DNA of 64,000 bases from Sedimentisphaeraceae bacterium JB056 (lineage in GTDB: Bacteria; Planctomycetota; Phycisphaerae; Sedimentisphaerales; Sedimentisphaeraceae): contig JBITAJ010000009.1 of the NCBI GenBank assembly GCA_044440125.1, forward strand, positions 1 to 64,000. The letters are read 5' to 3'. The stretch's first letter is position 1. Each line of letters starts with the position of its first letter. Position numbers and translations under genes: made by a program. This document shows positions 49,201 to 59,800 of the stretch, one piece after another. The notes beneath the pieces were generated by a model. It did no database searches and had not been told where the DNA came from. It saw only the letters and a program-made list of their open reading frames with translations.

Positions 49201-49234
49201 AAAAAAAGGGCAGAACCTTTGCGTCTGCCCTTTT
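49201..49234 (-). terminator. Rho-independent terminator
   Basis: AAAAGGGCAGA/TCTGCCCTTTT stem with A/T runs. Confidence 0.8.
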
Positions 49235-49256
49235 ATAAATTCAATATTCAGTAAGC

Positions 49257-50462
49257 TCAATCACTTGATACAAGCCATTGGCCTGCAAAGAGAGCAAAAT
49301 CAGCAAAATCGACAAAATCGTCGCCACCAATCATATCCGCCTGGAGGTCTGATCCAGAAGCAAGCCAATCTTCGAGAAAGATCATTAAATCATCAAAATC
49401 AACAATCCCACTTTCATCAAAATCTGAATAATCAAAAGCAGCCTGCTCAGAAATGAATATTCCACCTATATTAGCACCAACAAACATATCAACATTCTGA
49501 TCGCCGGTTACTATTCCATAAGTGGTTGTCGTAAGTATTTTACCAAACTTATTGTAGCCTGCTATACCGCCAACATAATTTCCACCACTGACATCAACAT
49601 CAGTTGTTGAGCTGAGCAGGTCACCCAAATTGTAACCCGCAATACCTCCGGTATATAGCGTACCGGCTACAAAACCCGTTGAACTTGAGTTAGAAACAGT
49701 ACTGTAAGTGTTTAACCCTACAATACCTCCAACTGATTCCTGTCCATTGATAGAGACACTGCAACTGCAATAATCAATCACTGACAATTGATCTTGCGCA
49801 CCTGCAATTCCACCGACAAAATCACCACCGTTCAAAACTACACTCGCAGTACAATAATATATGTAACCAGTGCTGCTATGACCTGCAATTCCACCGACTC
49901 CGGCTTCACCTGTAACTTCAGTGGTATCAACATTACAATATTTTATCTCACCATCATTATAACCCGCTATCCCAGCAACTCCACTTGAGCCGGATATATT
50001 GGATCCGCTAACATTACATTTGGCTATCAAACCACTACTGAAACCGGCAACCGCTGCAACGTATATAGATTCCTGAGTAGATATTTGTATGTTATCAAGA
50101 TTCAAATTCCATATCTGTCCCTGATGTCCCTGATAACCAAACACACCTACGTAATCTTCTCCGATACTGCTTAGGGTAAGATTTGATACAGTGTAATAAT
50201 CGCCATTAAAATGTCCTTCAAATGGATACCCCGCAGAACCTATAGGTATATAACTATCAGAGTAGCCGGAGAGATCGATATCCGCTACCAACTTAAATGA
50301 CTTAGACATATTAAACGGATCAAGACTTATACAAACCATATCTTCTGCGTTTGCAATTAGATATGGATCATTCAGTGTGCCTGAACCACCGCTAAAATTG
50401 TAAGCAAAGACCGGCGTGCAAATCACTATACAGGCCAAAACCCAAAATAGACTTTTGCTCAT
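49257..50462 (-). CDS. Secreted GLUG-motif repeat protein with C-terminal dockerin/EF-hand-like pair
   Basis: GSGTLNDPYLI, repeated VGGIAGYN, SDFDESGIVDFDDL...W, DFVDFADFALFAGQW. Confidence 0.85.
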   Translation of the reverse strand: MSKSLFWVLACIVICTPVFAYNFSGGSGTLNDPYLIANAEDMVCISLDPFNMSKSFKLVADIDLSGYSDSYIPIGSAGYPFEGHFNGDYYTVSNLTLSSIGEDYVGVFGYQGHQGQIWNLNLDNIQISTQESIYVAAVAGFSSGLIAKCNVSGSNISGSSGVAGIAGYNDGEIKYCNVDTTEVTGEAGVGGIAGHSSTGYIYYCTASVVLNGGDFVGGIAGAQDQLSVIDYCSCSVSINGQESVGGIVGLNTYSTVSNSSSTGFVAGTLYTGGIAGYNLGDLLSSTTDVDVSGGNYVGGIAGYNKFGKILTTTTYGIVTGDQNVDMFVGANIGGIFISEQAAFDYSDFDESGIVDFDDLMIFLEDWLASGSDLQADMIGGDDFVDFADFALFAGQWLVSSD

Positions 50463-50664
50463 AACCTTAAAAACCTTTCTTATAAAAATATAATAATTAC
50501 GTATAAAACCGTAGTTCTAACCAAAACAACAAGTTATTTTTACAAATTCAAACTAATAATACTATACTATTTTAGATTTGACAGTATTATTTTCAAGTTA
50601 AAACATTTGTAAAAGTATAAATATTGAATACTTACCCTAATTTTAAGCGAAATACTTTTACAAA

Positions 50665-51126
50665 TCAATCCTTAACATCTTCAAATGCCGCGATAGACAG
50701 ATCTGTAGCATTGCTGTTTGATATCGCTTTTATTACATCAGCATACTGACTGAACACAAGCTCCTGGTTCATGCGGAGGTTAACTATCGCATTTTCGACA
50801 TCATCAGTTATATTACTATTTATCAACTCAACTATAGCAGTAATATCAACGCCATCAGTAATATCCATAACTTCAACACCAACAGCACAATACAACAAAT
50901 CTTCATCCTCATCAAACCATACGCTGACTGTAACAAACCCGGGTGTTTCCGTAGCATCGGTTATCGCATTAGTAGCCTCATCAGGCACACGTATAGCAAA
51001 ATTCTCTGCTGCAATATATCTGCAGACAAACATGAAAAATATTATAAGCAGCAATACGATGTCGATAATCGGCATCATATTAAAAGTAAAATATCCTTTA
51101 TGCTCTCTAAGCCTTTTAAGTAGCAT
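50665..51126 (-). CDS. ExbD/TolR-family protein
   Basis: NMMPIIDIVLLLIIFFM (conserved TM Asp). Confidence 0.9.
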   Translation of the reverse strand: MLLKRLREHKGYFTFNMMPIIDIVLLLIIFFMFVCRYIAAENFAIRVPDEATNAITDATETPGFVTVSVWFDEDEDLLYCAVGVEVMDITDGVDITAIVELINSNITDDVENAIVNLRMNQELVFSQYADVIKAISNSNATDLSIAAFEDVKD

Positions 51127-51896
51127 CAGGCATCCTTTTTAACCTGGAGATGCTGCAGTAATGTCTCAGCCTCGATAGCCGCTTCACTTGCCAGAGACTC
51201 TACCCTGTTTCTAAAGAAACCATAAACCGCCAGAGATGGAATCGCAATTAGAAGTCCCCAGAATGTAGTAACAAGGGCAATTGATATACCACCCGCAAGT
51301 TGATCGGCCTGAGGTTGTCCGCCTGTAACAACAATCGTATTAAATGTCTTAATCATACCGTAAACAGTACCGAAAAGCCCGATCATAGGTGAAACATTAC
51401 CAACAATATTAAGCCATTCAACCCTACGCATAAGCTCCAATGTCTTTTCTTCAAGACTTTCAGCTGTAATATTCTGAAGGTGAAGATAGCTCTTGGTAGT
51501 AGTTATATAGTTCATAGCCCTGGCCATTGCATAACTGAGCATATCACTCCTGCTGACCAGAGACTCTTTAGCACCGGCAATACTGCTCCTTTGTATTAGA
51601 TTAAGTATTTCTGTACGACTATTCAACGGCAAAACCTTCTTTCGCCTCAACGTAAGTCCACTGTCAATACCTAAATAGCAAGCCACAACAGAAAGGGGCA
51701 TAAGAACAAACCAGACTATCGGACCACCTGAGACGATAAACTGCCCAAAGAAACTCCTGTCAGATGACGACGCTAATACACGACCATCTTCCAACACATT
51801 TTGGTCGAGAGCATAAATGCTTTCATTCATAAGCAATATTACTACAGCCGCAACCAAAAATATCGACAACCTAAACCATATAACTCTATTTTTCAA
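51126..51896 (-). CDS. MotA/TolQ/ExbB proton-channel protein
   Basis: SPMIGLFGTVYGM, LAGGISIALVTTFWGL. Confidence 0.93.
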   Translation of the reverse strand: MKNRVIWFRLSIFLVAAVVILLMNESIYALDQNVLEDGRVLASSSDRSFFGQFIVSGGPIVWFVLMPLSVVACYLGIDSGLTLRRKKVLPLNSRTEILNLIQRSSIAGAKESLVSRSDMLSYAMARAMNYITTTKSYLHLQNITAESLEEKTLELMRRVEWLNIVGNVSPMIGLFGTVYGMIKTFNTIVVTGGQPQADQLAGGISIALVTTFWGLLIAIPSLAVYGFFRNRVESLASEAAIEAETLLQHLQVKKDA

Positions 51897-51897
51897 T

Positions 51898-52836
51898 TCA
51901 ATTTACCCCACCTGAATACAATGTAAATCTGCCGCCGCTTTTTAAAGCAATCTGTTCTAACATGTCGGCATCTCTTTTATTAACCATAAAACCAATCGTA
52001 TGTATTTTAACTACCGGAGCGTATTGCTCTCTATACTCCTCAACCTGCCGGGCAAAACCATCATAGTCAAAACCGTCGGTCAGAAAATAGATAACCCCAG
52101 GGCTATCACCAATGCTGTCTTTGTATCTTATAGCCTTCTTCAATGCACTAAAAGCATCAGGCCTTCCGGAAGGCGTACCAATACTATTTATAAATTCAAC
52201 TGCTCTTTCTTTACCAGTATCACTCGCACGAAGCAGTTTATCAGCTTCAACCTCAAAGACCTGCTCACCTCTGAAAACAACAATTCCGTAAAAATTATCT
52301 TGCCTGAGTCCATCAATTGATTGCAAAAGATTCTCGGTAACCTGTCCGAAGAAACCAAGCATACTGCCTGAGCAATCAACTACGAAACAAACCTTCCTGC
52401 CGCTCGCAACATTTCCAAAGAAACTAATCGTCTTGCTCTTTGCCTGCGGACTTTTGTCCTCAATCTCACCAAGCACACTCCCAGCACTCGCAACTGATGA
52501 GCCTATAAGACTATTAACGCTATCTCTGCCGCCATTACCAGCTTCATTACCGGCACTGCCGCCATCACCAGACTGGCCGACTCCACCTTCTCCGTTATAG
52601 ATTCCACCTGCCGAAGAGTATCCTCTTTCTTTAATCGAAGGCTTAGGAACAACAATACCCGCCTGCTCTATGGCCTCAAGAGTCCTTATGGCTCCCTGAG
52701 GAGAGTCAGCAAAAGACTGAAACAACTTTCCTCTGGAAAACTGAACCATTGCAAATACCACCATCAAAAGCAAATGCAATGACAGCGAAAGCATAAATAT
52801 GCTCGGCTTGAATTTTTTTTCAGTATTCTCAGCCAT
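51898..52836 (-). CDS. Membrane-anchored vWA-domain protein
   Basis: SLSLH anchor, Gly-rich linker, MIDAS DCSGS, FLTDG, IHTIGF. Confidence 0.88.
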   Translation of the reverse strand: MAENTEKKFKPSIFMLSLSLHLLLMVVFAMVQFSRGKLFQSFADSPQGAIRTLEAIEQAGIVVPKPSIKERGYSSAGGIYNGEGGVGQSGDGGSAGNEAGNGGRDSVNSLIGSSVASAGSVLGEIEDKSPQAKSKTISFFGNVASGRKVCFVVDCSGSMLGFFGQVTENLLQSIDGLRQDNFYGIVVFRGEQVFEVEADKLLRASDTGKERAVEFINSIGTPSGRPDAFSALKKAIRYKDSIGDSPGVIYFLTDGFDYDGFARQVEEYREQYAPVVKIHTIGFMVNKRDADMLEQIALKSGGRFTLYSGGVN

Positions 52837-53990
52837 TAATCAACTATCTGCACCTGAGATTTACCGGGCGTCAACAAGTCGTATACCTCAAGTATATCCT
52901 CATCAGCCAATCTAATGCAGCCTCTGCTCCTTCTTTGTCCAATGCTTTCCGGCTCATTTGTACCGTGAAGAGCGAAACCAGTCCTACCAAGTGCATCCCC
53001 GGAAACTCCTTTAAGTCCTACCCAGCGCTTGCCAAGAGGATAATCCGGATCCGTTGCATCATACGTTCTGTGCGTGTCAGGGTCCGTCCAGCTCGGTGAA
53101 ACCAGCTTGTCATTACCTACCACCCAAAGTCCTGTCGGCGTCTGATGCTTAGTACTGCCCAAACCAACTTTATAGCTCTTGACATAAATATCATTAAGGT
53201 AAAGATCCATTGTAAAAGTCGATCTTGATATAACCGCGTTAAATGGGCCGTTAACAACCTTTATAGTCTGCCCAGCTCTCAAGCTCTCAGGACGTATGAT
53301 TTTATTTATCTTCAGCAAAAATTCCCAAGGGACATCATACTTAGCCCCTATTTTACTTAAAAGATCACCGCTTTGAACCCTGTAGTACGAGCAGCATTTA
53401 TCCTCAGCAAGTACTTTATCACTAAAAAGCCACTGGTCTGATAATTTACCCAATAGTGATTTGATTTTCAATCTTTGAGGGGAATCCGGATTACGAAGCA
53501 TCAAAGAATAGAGCATATCTCTTGCGGCAATTATCTTACCACTCCGTGCCACATCTGTCGCCTGCTGAATCTTATCAGCAAGTATATCCTCTTCTGTCTT
53601 CACAGGTTTTACAGGCTCCGCCGTCTGTTTTGCTGCTTCTGTCACAATCTCCTCAGTTACGGTTCCAACCGGAAGTTCTGTCTGCGGAATGGTCTGAGTC
53701 GGCTTTGAAACAGGCTTAACAGTAGTCGAGATATCCGGCTTTACAATTGCCCTTGGTGTATGAGAAGTCTCAACCGACCTCAAAGAAGGTTTTACAACTT
53801 CCGGCTCTGCAGGCACCTGAGTAACAGGCCTTGACACAGCAGGCTCACTTCCTGTTGCTTGTTCTTTAGACCAGAATTGACGTACAACTATGTAACCAAC
53901 GATGATAGTAATCGCTGATATAATGAAAAAAACTAAATTTTTCTTTCTTCTTTGCCTTGTGCTGTAATTGACGTATCCATGTCGTGCCAT
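52836..53990 (-). CDS. LysM-containing L,D-transpeptidase (YkuD family)
   Basis: TM anchor, Pro/Thr linker, LysM (YRVQSGDLLSKIG), TPTG, HGT...SRGCIRL; ATG 53990 after GGAG. Confidence 0.92.
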   Translation of the reverse strand: MARHGYVNYSTRQRRKKNLVFFIISAITIIVGYIVVRQFWSKEQATGSEPAVSRPVTQVPAEPEVVKPSLRSVETSHTPRAIVKPDISTTVKPVSKPTQTIPQTELPVGTVTEEIVTEAAKQTAEPVKPVKTEEDILADKIQQATDVARSGKIIAARDMLYSLMLRNPDSPQRLKIKSLLGKLSDQWLFSDKVLAEDKCCSYYRVQSGDLLSKIGAKYDVPWEFLLKINKIIRPESLRAGQTIKVVNGPFNAVISRSTFTMDLYLNDIYVKSYKVGLGSTKHQTPTGLWVVGNDKLVSPSWTDPDTHRTYDATDPDYPLGKRWVGLKGVSGDALGRTGFALHGTNEPESIGQRRSRGCIRLADEDILEVYDLLTPGKSQVQIVD

Positions 53991-54195
53991 TATTAACTCC
54001 TGGGTCATGCAAAAGATTGACGACTTAATCAATCCATAATATCATCTATAGAAACAATTTCGCTACTTTAAAATAGCCTCATTAGGATACCAACATTAAG
54101 GCTTCAAGTCAAAAAAAATGTATTTGAAATTGAGTTATAATAGCACTAAGATGCAATAAATATAAACTTAAACCTTAAATCAAAAGCATTTGCAG

Positions 54196-55317
54196 TTATC
54201 CAAGAGAACCTTTCTTATGAATTCCAGAGTATAACTCATGTATTCTGCGGCGATAAATGTTTATGTCATATTCTTTTGCAGTTTCAAGACCATTCTCACG
54301 AATCTGTTGACTCATCTGAGGAAATTCTAAAAGTTTATGTATTGTTTTGGCAATTCCTTGCGGCGTATTCTCAAAAACCAGTCCATTATACCCATCTTTC
54401 ACAACTTCACCAATACCTTCAACACCAGAAGTTATTATAACCCTGCCAAGAGCCAGAAGCTCAAATATCACCAGAGGACAGGAATCCTGCAAAGAGGGCA
54501 ATGCTGCAACATCAAAGGCCTGCATAAGCTCGTTGGGCTTGCTGCAGAAACCGGTAAAAATGATATTCTTGGAATAACTCGATTCTGATGCTAAATTTTC
54601 AAAATCAGACTTATCCCCGCCATCACCGGCAATGACTAACTTTATATCGTATTTCTTATGATCAAGCAACTCAAAAGCTTTGATGAGTATATCAATACCT
54701 TTGACGTACTTAAGCCTACCAATAAAACCTACAACAAAAGATCCTTCAAGGTCATAATACTTCCTCCACTTTTGGCGGGCTTGCTTATTCGGGACAAAAA
54801 GCGACCTGTCAACTCCATTGCGTATTACAGTTATTTTTTTCTGATCAATCTTTGCACGAGAGACAAGCATCTTCTTGATATGCCCTGAAACAGCAATAAA
54901 ACGCGAAACTTTACCTGCGAACAATTTAATAAAGAAACGATATGCCGTATAATCAATACCTTTACGCTCTATCGGGCCATGCTCATGGACAACAACCTTG
55001 CAAGGATAAAATATTTTAGCCAAAACAGAGAGCATTATCGATTTATGTAAATGAGCATGAATAATGTCTATTTGAAGTTTTTTACACAATGATATTAGGT
55101 AAAAAAGCTTCCTTATATCATAGTTGGGATACGTATTGTCAAAAACCTGAGCCTTAAACTTAAACTTATGAGTATCAGGTCTCAAAGTATATATGTAATG
55201 CTCAAACTCTGGTGAATCCGTATTAGTAATGTCCCTGAGACAAACCTGCGCACCGCCTGTTGACAGTGAATTTATAACATGAAGTATCTTTATAGGTTTC
55301 TTTTTATCAGATACCAT
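54196..55317 (-). CDS. Glycosyltransferase family 4
   Basis: GGAQ, HEHG, GRLKYVKG, PSLQDSCPLVIFE. Confidence 0.92.
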   Translation of the reverse strand: MVSDKKKPIKILHVINSLSTGGAQVCLRDITNTDSPEFEHYIYTLRPDTHKFKFKAQVFDNTYPNYDIRKLFYLISLCKKLQIDIIHAHLHKSIMLSVLAKIFYPCKVVVHEHGPIERKGIDYTAYRFFIKLFAGKVSRFIAVSGHIKKMLVSRAKIDQKKITVIRNGVDRSLFVPNKQARQKWRKYYDLEGSFVVGFIGRLKYVKGIDILIKAFELLDHKKYDIKLVIAGDGGDKSDFENLASESSYSKNIIFTGFCSKPNELMQAFDVAALPSLQDSCPLVIFELLALGRVIITSGVEGIGEVVKDGYNGLVFENTPQGIAKTIHKLLEFPQMSQQIRENGLETAKEYDINIYRRRIHELYSGIHKKGSLG

Positions 55318-56416
55318 TGCCCACTATCCTCTTGAACTCACTTTTATATATCTCAACAATTCCATCTATATCGTGATACTCTTTAACATAACGAAAAGCA
55401 TTTTCTCCAAATTTTCGGTTAAGTTCCTCGTCTTGCGATAATTGCCGAGCAAACCCTGTAAACCTATCCCAATCTCCATCAGCACAGAAACCACACTGAT
55501 ATCTGTTGATAAAATCATCAGGATTAACTTTATACGACAGTATGGGAACAGCTGATTTACCTGCCTGAATAAAGGTATTGGCAAAACCTTCAGACTCGCT
55601 CGTATTCACAAAAACACTCGCTTTATCAAAATATTCCTGCACATCTGGATACCGAACCCCCTGAATAAATTCAAGATTATCAATCTCCTGAGCCTCTTGA
55701 ACAAGTTCGTGGTATTTTTCGTCACCAAACGCAGCAGGACATATCATAATAAATTTTTGAGAGGGAATAGCTTTCGATAATTCCATGAACATCCTGGGAT
55801 TCTTAAAATCAGCACTTCTTGCAACCCACAAAAAATACCTATTCTCTCTTTGTACCGCAACCTCTATTCGATGTCCATTAGGTATTACTATTGAATCAAC
55901 GCCATAAGTTTTCTTTATTACCGCTGCATCGCTTTGATTCTGAGTAAATAAGATTGAAGCTTTTCTGAAAATATGCTTATATATAAAGGCTGTCAGCTTA
56001 TTTTTCCTCAAATAAACGCCATCACAATGAGTTGTATGTGCAGTTCTAAGTATATATTTTTTTCGATGCCATTTTGAGAACATCCATAAAAGAATCATCC
56101 CAGGTGACATTGTCTTCATAAAATAAATATCACTATCAGATTTCCTGAGAGCGTTCCATATCCTGATCACCGATGAAATAGGATTTTCACCAAATTTGAG
56201 GCTCTTTAGCAACCTGACATTCTGAGAAACATAGCCATCTCTCTGCCCATAATCTGCAACTACGAAAGTAACTTCGAAGTCAGTATCCGCGGCAAGAGCT
56301 GTGCCAAGTAAATACAGGTCAACTTCCGCACCTCCATAAACACCATCACAATCAACAGCAAAAAGAGGATAAGCCTTTGGACTCAAGAAGCAAATTTTCA
56401 ATTTATAATCACTCAC
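55307..56416 (-). CDS. Glycosyltransferase family 4
   Basis: GGAE, KNP, TSESEGFANTFIQA; GTG 56416 overlapping the upstream stop preferred as start. Confidence 0.88.
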   Translation of the reverse strand: MSDYKLKICFLSPKAYPLFAVDCDGVYGGAEVDLYLLGTALAADTDFEVTFVVADYGQRDGYVSQNVRLLKSLKFGENPISSVIRIWNALRKSDSDIYFMKTMSPGMILLWMFSKWHRKKYILRTAHTTHCDGVYLRKNKLTAFIYKHIFRKASILFTQNQSDAAVIKKTYGVDSIVIPNGHRIEVAVQRENRYFLWVARSADFKNPRMFMELSKAIPSQKFIMICPAAFGDEKYHELVQEAQEIDNLEFIQGVRYPDVQEYFDKASVFVNTSESEGFANTFIQAGKSAVPILSYKVNPDDFINRYQCGFCADGDWDRFTGFARQLSQDEELNRKFGENAFRYVKEYHDIDGIVEIYKSEFKRIVGNGI

Positions 56417-57761
56417 AATTGACCTTGCATATAGTATAAAGAAATTTCCCACTTTCACTTCGAGATATATCAGAAACAAAGTCAATATCAATCCGGCACT
56501 GTTGCCCCAAAAGCAATCTTGACTGCGTTTTTATCTCTTCAATATCTCCTTGATCGAACTCGACACCACCTCTTTTTTTGATGTATATAACAACGTAATC
56601 CAGCTTCTCTTGTACAATTTGAAATCTTTCAATCCAATCTCTAAAGAAAAGCCCCTGCACTATAAAATGAGAATGAACCTTGCTTCCATCGGGCTTTATG
56701 AAATACCCCAGCGTTCTGCCCTTTACAGCCCCAAGCTTAAATGTATTACGGCCGCACTGACACTTACTGCCGCCATTAACTCCGACATCACCTATAGAAT
56801 AACGTAAAAGAGGCATCGCATAATTTTCGAGTGGTGTTACAAGTATCTGCCCTTCTTGATTTTCAGCTACACTTTTATAATCATCGCCAACAACCTCAAC
56901 AAAATGGCTCCAGGGAAAGGTATGCAAACCGTTTTTCTCCTTACACTCACAGGCGATAGCACCTACTTCTCTCGAACCATACTGGTTATATACATTACAC
57001 CCTAAAGCTTTCTCAATTTTATTTCTTAACTGTTCATTTAGAGGGCCTATTGTGGATATTATCATTTTTGGGGAATAGAACTTCCTGCCGCTTTTTTCTA
57101 TATATTCTGCAAGTTCAGCCGCTGCCTCCATGTAGCTCCAGTAACCGCATGGCTTAAACGAATTGTTTAAAAGACGCAACTTTTCAAGACGCTCCTGGTC
57201 AAGATGATAACAATTGAAAAACAGCCTGTTATAAAGAAAATTGATAATCTTGTCTTTAAGTGTCAGAGAACCGGCAATAATATCTCTGTCACTACCCCAT
57301 AGCTTTATCTCTTTATCACCTGGGTTCTTTCCAAGTACTCTATTGAAATATATCTTATTAGCAATATTCCAACAGTCATACCTTTTATCCTGATAAAAAC
57401 TCGCAACTTCTCCAGTCGAACCGCCAGAGGTATTTTCATAACGTCCAGTACCGCTATATTTACCCGGTAAAAGAGAGGAATAGTTTTCTCTTATTACTTT
57501 CTTTGTCAGCGGCGGGATATTATTGTATCTTTCCAGCTTAACCAAACCACCTGAAACTACACCAGAATGCTCTAAAACAGTTTTATAATAAGGCACATTT
57601 TCATAGCAAAAAGTAATAAGCTTCGTTAATTTTTCTTCCTGCTGGATGCGTATATGATCACCAGAGGCGAATTCAGATTCTTTTATATAAGCCAGAGAAG
57701 CCGGAACCCCACTGCCTGAAGCTTTCAATAATCCTGAAATTGCCCATTTTCGCCAGCCCAT
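56409..57761 (-). CDS. Phenylacetate--CoA ligase family / CapK-like adenylating enzyme
   Basis: TSGGSTG, YGSRE, MPLLRYSIGD, SGK. Confidence 0.88.
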   Translation of the reverse strand: MGWRKWAISGLLKASGSGVPASLAYIKESEFASGDHIRIQQEEKLTKLITFCYENVPYYKTVLEHSGVVSGGLVKLERYNNIPPLTKKVIRENYSSLLPGKYSGTGRYENTSGGSTGEVASFYQDKRYDCWNIANKIYFNRVLGKNPGDKEIKLWGSDRDIIAGSLTLKDKIINFLYNRLFFNCYHLDQERLEKLRLLNNSFKPCGYWSYMEAAAELAEYIEKSGRKFYSPKMIISTIGPLNEQLRNKIEKALGCNVYNQYGSREVGAIACECKEKNGLHTFPWSHFVEVVGDDYKSVAENQEGQILVTPLENYAMPLLRYSIGDVGVNGGSKCQCGRNTFKLGAVKGRTLGYFIKPDGSKVHSHFIVQGLFFRDWIERFQIVQEKLDYVVIYIKKRGGVEFDQGDIEEIKTQSRLLLGQQCRIDIDFVSDISRSESGKFLYTICKVNCE

Positions 57762-57774
57762 ATTCCATCAATCT

Positions 57775-59694
57775 CTATTTTGGCACTTTATCGCCTATAT
57801 ACTCTGGGATAAGTTTCTTAACGGCTTTTACTATCTTAAGGTGGTCCTGAGTAGGAACAATACTGAAGAGTTCATCCATATATTCATAAAGCTGCTTTCT
57901 GTCAACCTGCTTGGTCTTCCATATCGCAATCTTCGGGTGATCGGTCTGAACCATATTCTCACCTTCAATAGAAAGTTCCTCATAAAGTTTCTCGCCCGGT
58001 CTTATACCAGAAAATTCAATCTTGATTTCTTCATCCGGGGTAAAGCCGCTAAGTTTTATGAGTTCTCGAGCCAGATCAACTATTTTCACCGGCTCACCCA
58101 TATCAAGCAAGAATATCTCACCGCCCTCACCCATACTCGCTGCCTGAAGAACAAGCTGACTGGCCTCGGGAATAGTCATAAAATATCTTGTCATATCCGG
58201 ATGAGTTACAGTAACAGGTCCACCGGCAGCTATCTGTGCTTTGAATATCGGTATCACCGAACCATTTGAACCAAGAACATTTCCAAACCTGACGGTAGTA
58301 AAGTTTGTCTTGCTGTTTCTGTCAAGATCCTGAACATACATCTCTGCAATTCGTTTTGATGACCCCATCAAACTTGTCGGATTAACAGCTTTGTCAGTAC
58401 TTATCATAACAAAGTCCGTAACACCATATTTATCAGACATGTCAGCAAGATTTTTCGTACCCATTACATTATTCTTAAAAGCCTCTCCAGGATTAGCTTC
58501 CATCAGTGGGACATGTTTATGTGCCGCGGCATGAACGATAACTTCCGGACTGTAAGTAGAAAAAACATTTTCTATTCTGTCGCGATCAATTATATCGGCA
58601 ATGATGCTCTTGAATACAACACTTGGGTATTTTTTCTTCAGTTCTGCATCGATAAAAAAGAGTGGGTTTTCAGCCTGCTCTAAAAGAAGAAGCGTTGATG
58701 GACCAAAATTGCATATCTGGCGACACATCTCTGAGCCGATCGACCCACCTGCACCTGTAACAAGTATTGTCTTGCCGTTAAGGAACTTTCTTATATTTTC
58801 ACTGTCGAGCTTGATTTCATCACGCCCAAGCAAGTCGGCAATCTCTACATCTCTCATCTGAGTAACGCTAAGTCTTCCGCTTGCTATATCAGTTATAGAT
58901 GGTACTGTGACACATTTAACTTTGGCATCTTCACATGTTCTGATGATTTTCTTGATCTGCGGGCGCGGAGCACTTGGTATAGCAATTGCCACTTCGTCAA
59001 CGTCATACTTGCTGCACAAAGCGGGAATATCGTTTATAGTACCCTGCACACTATAACCATGTATGCTTATCTTTTGTTTATTAGGACTATCATCAACAAA
59101 ACCGATAAGCCTGTATTTACGTACTTTAGATTTAAGAATCTCACGCGCAAGAGCCTCTCCGGCATCTCCGGCACCGGCAATGAGGAGTTTTGTTGCATCC
59201 TCTGCTTCCTGAGATTTGAAATCTTCGTGATAAAGCCGTATCAAAAGTCTTAATGCGGACAAGGCCATGATAGTTATTATCATGTCAAGTATCATAAGGC
59301 CTTGATTGACATTTTCCAAAAGTGCAAGATGGGAATGAAGCGGCTTAACTATCATGATCATATACCAGGAAACAGCAATAGTTATACAACTCACTATCGA
59401 TGCTGAAAATATTCCAAATAAATCACTGATACTTACGTAACGCCACCATCCTGTATACTGGCCAAAAAGCCAGAAAATAACCAGTTTTATCAAAGAGAAA
59501 AATATGAAAGAAGGAATAAACTCAGTTTTAATCCAAACTCTAGAGATATTCATATTGTGCATTATGCATAAAGAGAAAAACAGCGATAGAGCAAACACTG
59601 AAATATGCACAAGAACAACAATAGGCCTTCTATGCTTCAACAACAAACCGGCCGGATTTCGTTCATCATAAAATGAATATAAATTTTTACTCAA
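57775..59694 (-). CDS. CapD/PglF-like nucleoside-diphosphate-sugar dehydratase
   Basis: N-terminal TMs, GAGDAG, TGAGGSIGSE, HKHVP, STDKAV, RFGNV, RPGEKLYEEL. Confidence 0.95.
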   Translation of the reverse strand: MSKNLYSFYDERNPAGLLLKHRRPIVVLVHISVFALSLFFSLCIMHNMNISRVWIKTEFIPSFIFFSLIKLVIFWLFGQYTGWWRYVSISDLFGIFSASIVSCITIAVSWYMIMIVKPLHSHLALLENVNQGLMILDMIITIMALSALRLLIRLYHEDFKSQEAEDATKLLIAGAGDAGEALAREILKSKVRKYRLIGFVDDSPNKQKISIHGYSVQGTINDIPALCSKYDVDEVAIAIPSAPRPQIKKIIRTCEDAKVKCVTVPSITDIASGRLSVTQMRDVEIADLLGRDEIKLDSENIRKFLNGKTILVTGAGGSIGSEMCRQICNFGPSTLLLLEQAENPLFFIDAELKKKYPSVVFKSIIADIIDRDRIENVFSTYSPEVIVHAAAHKHVPLMEANPGEAFKNNVMGTKNLADMSDKYGVTDFVMISTDKAVNPTSLMGSSKRIAEMYVQDLDRNSKTNFTTVRFGNVLGSNGSVIPIFKAQIAAGGPVTVTHPDMTRYFMTIPEASQLVLQAASMGEGGEIFLLDMGEPVKIVDLARELIKLSGFTPDEEIKIEFSGIRPGEKLYEELSIEGENMVQTDHPKIAIWKTKQVDRKQLYEYMDELFSIVPTQDHLKIVKAVKKLIPEYIGDKVPK

Positions 59695-59762
59695 AGCACA
59701 CCTACTGAATATTTACAACTGGTAATAGAACTAAATACGAGCAAAAAAAGATCAAAAAAATT

Positions 59763-59798
59763 AAACTGTCGCAGGCTTGACACCCGCGACAGTTTTTT
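59763..59798. terminator. Probable terminator hairpin after lysC
   Basis: AAACTGTCGC/GCGACAGTTT stem. Confidence 0.7.
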
Positions 59799-59800
59799 AA

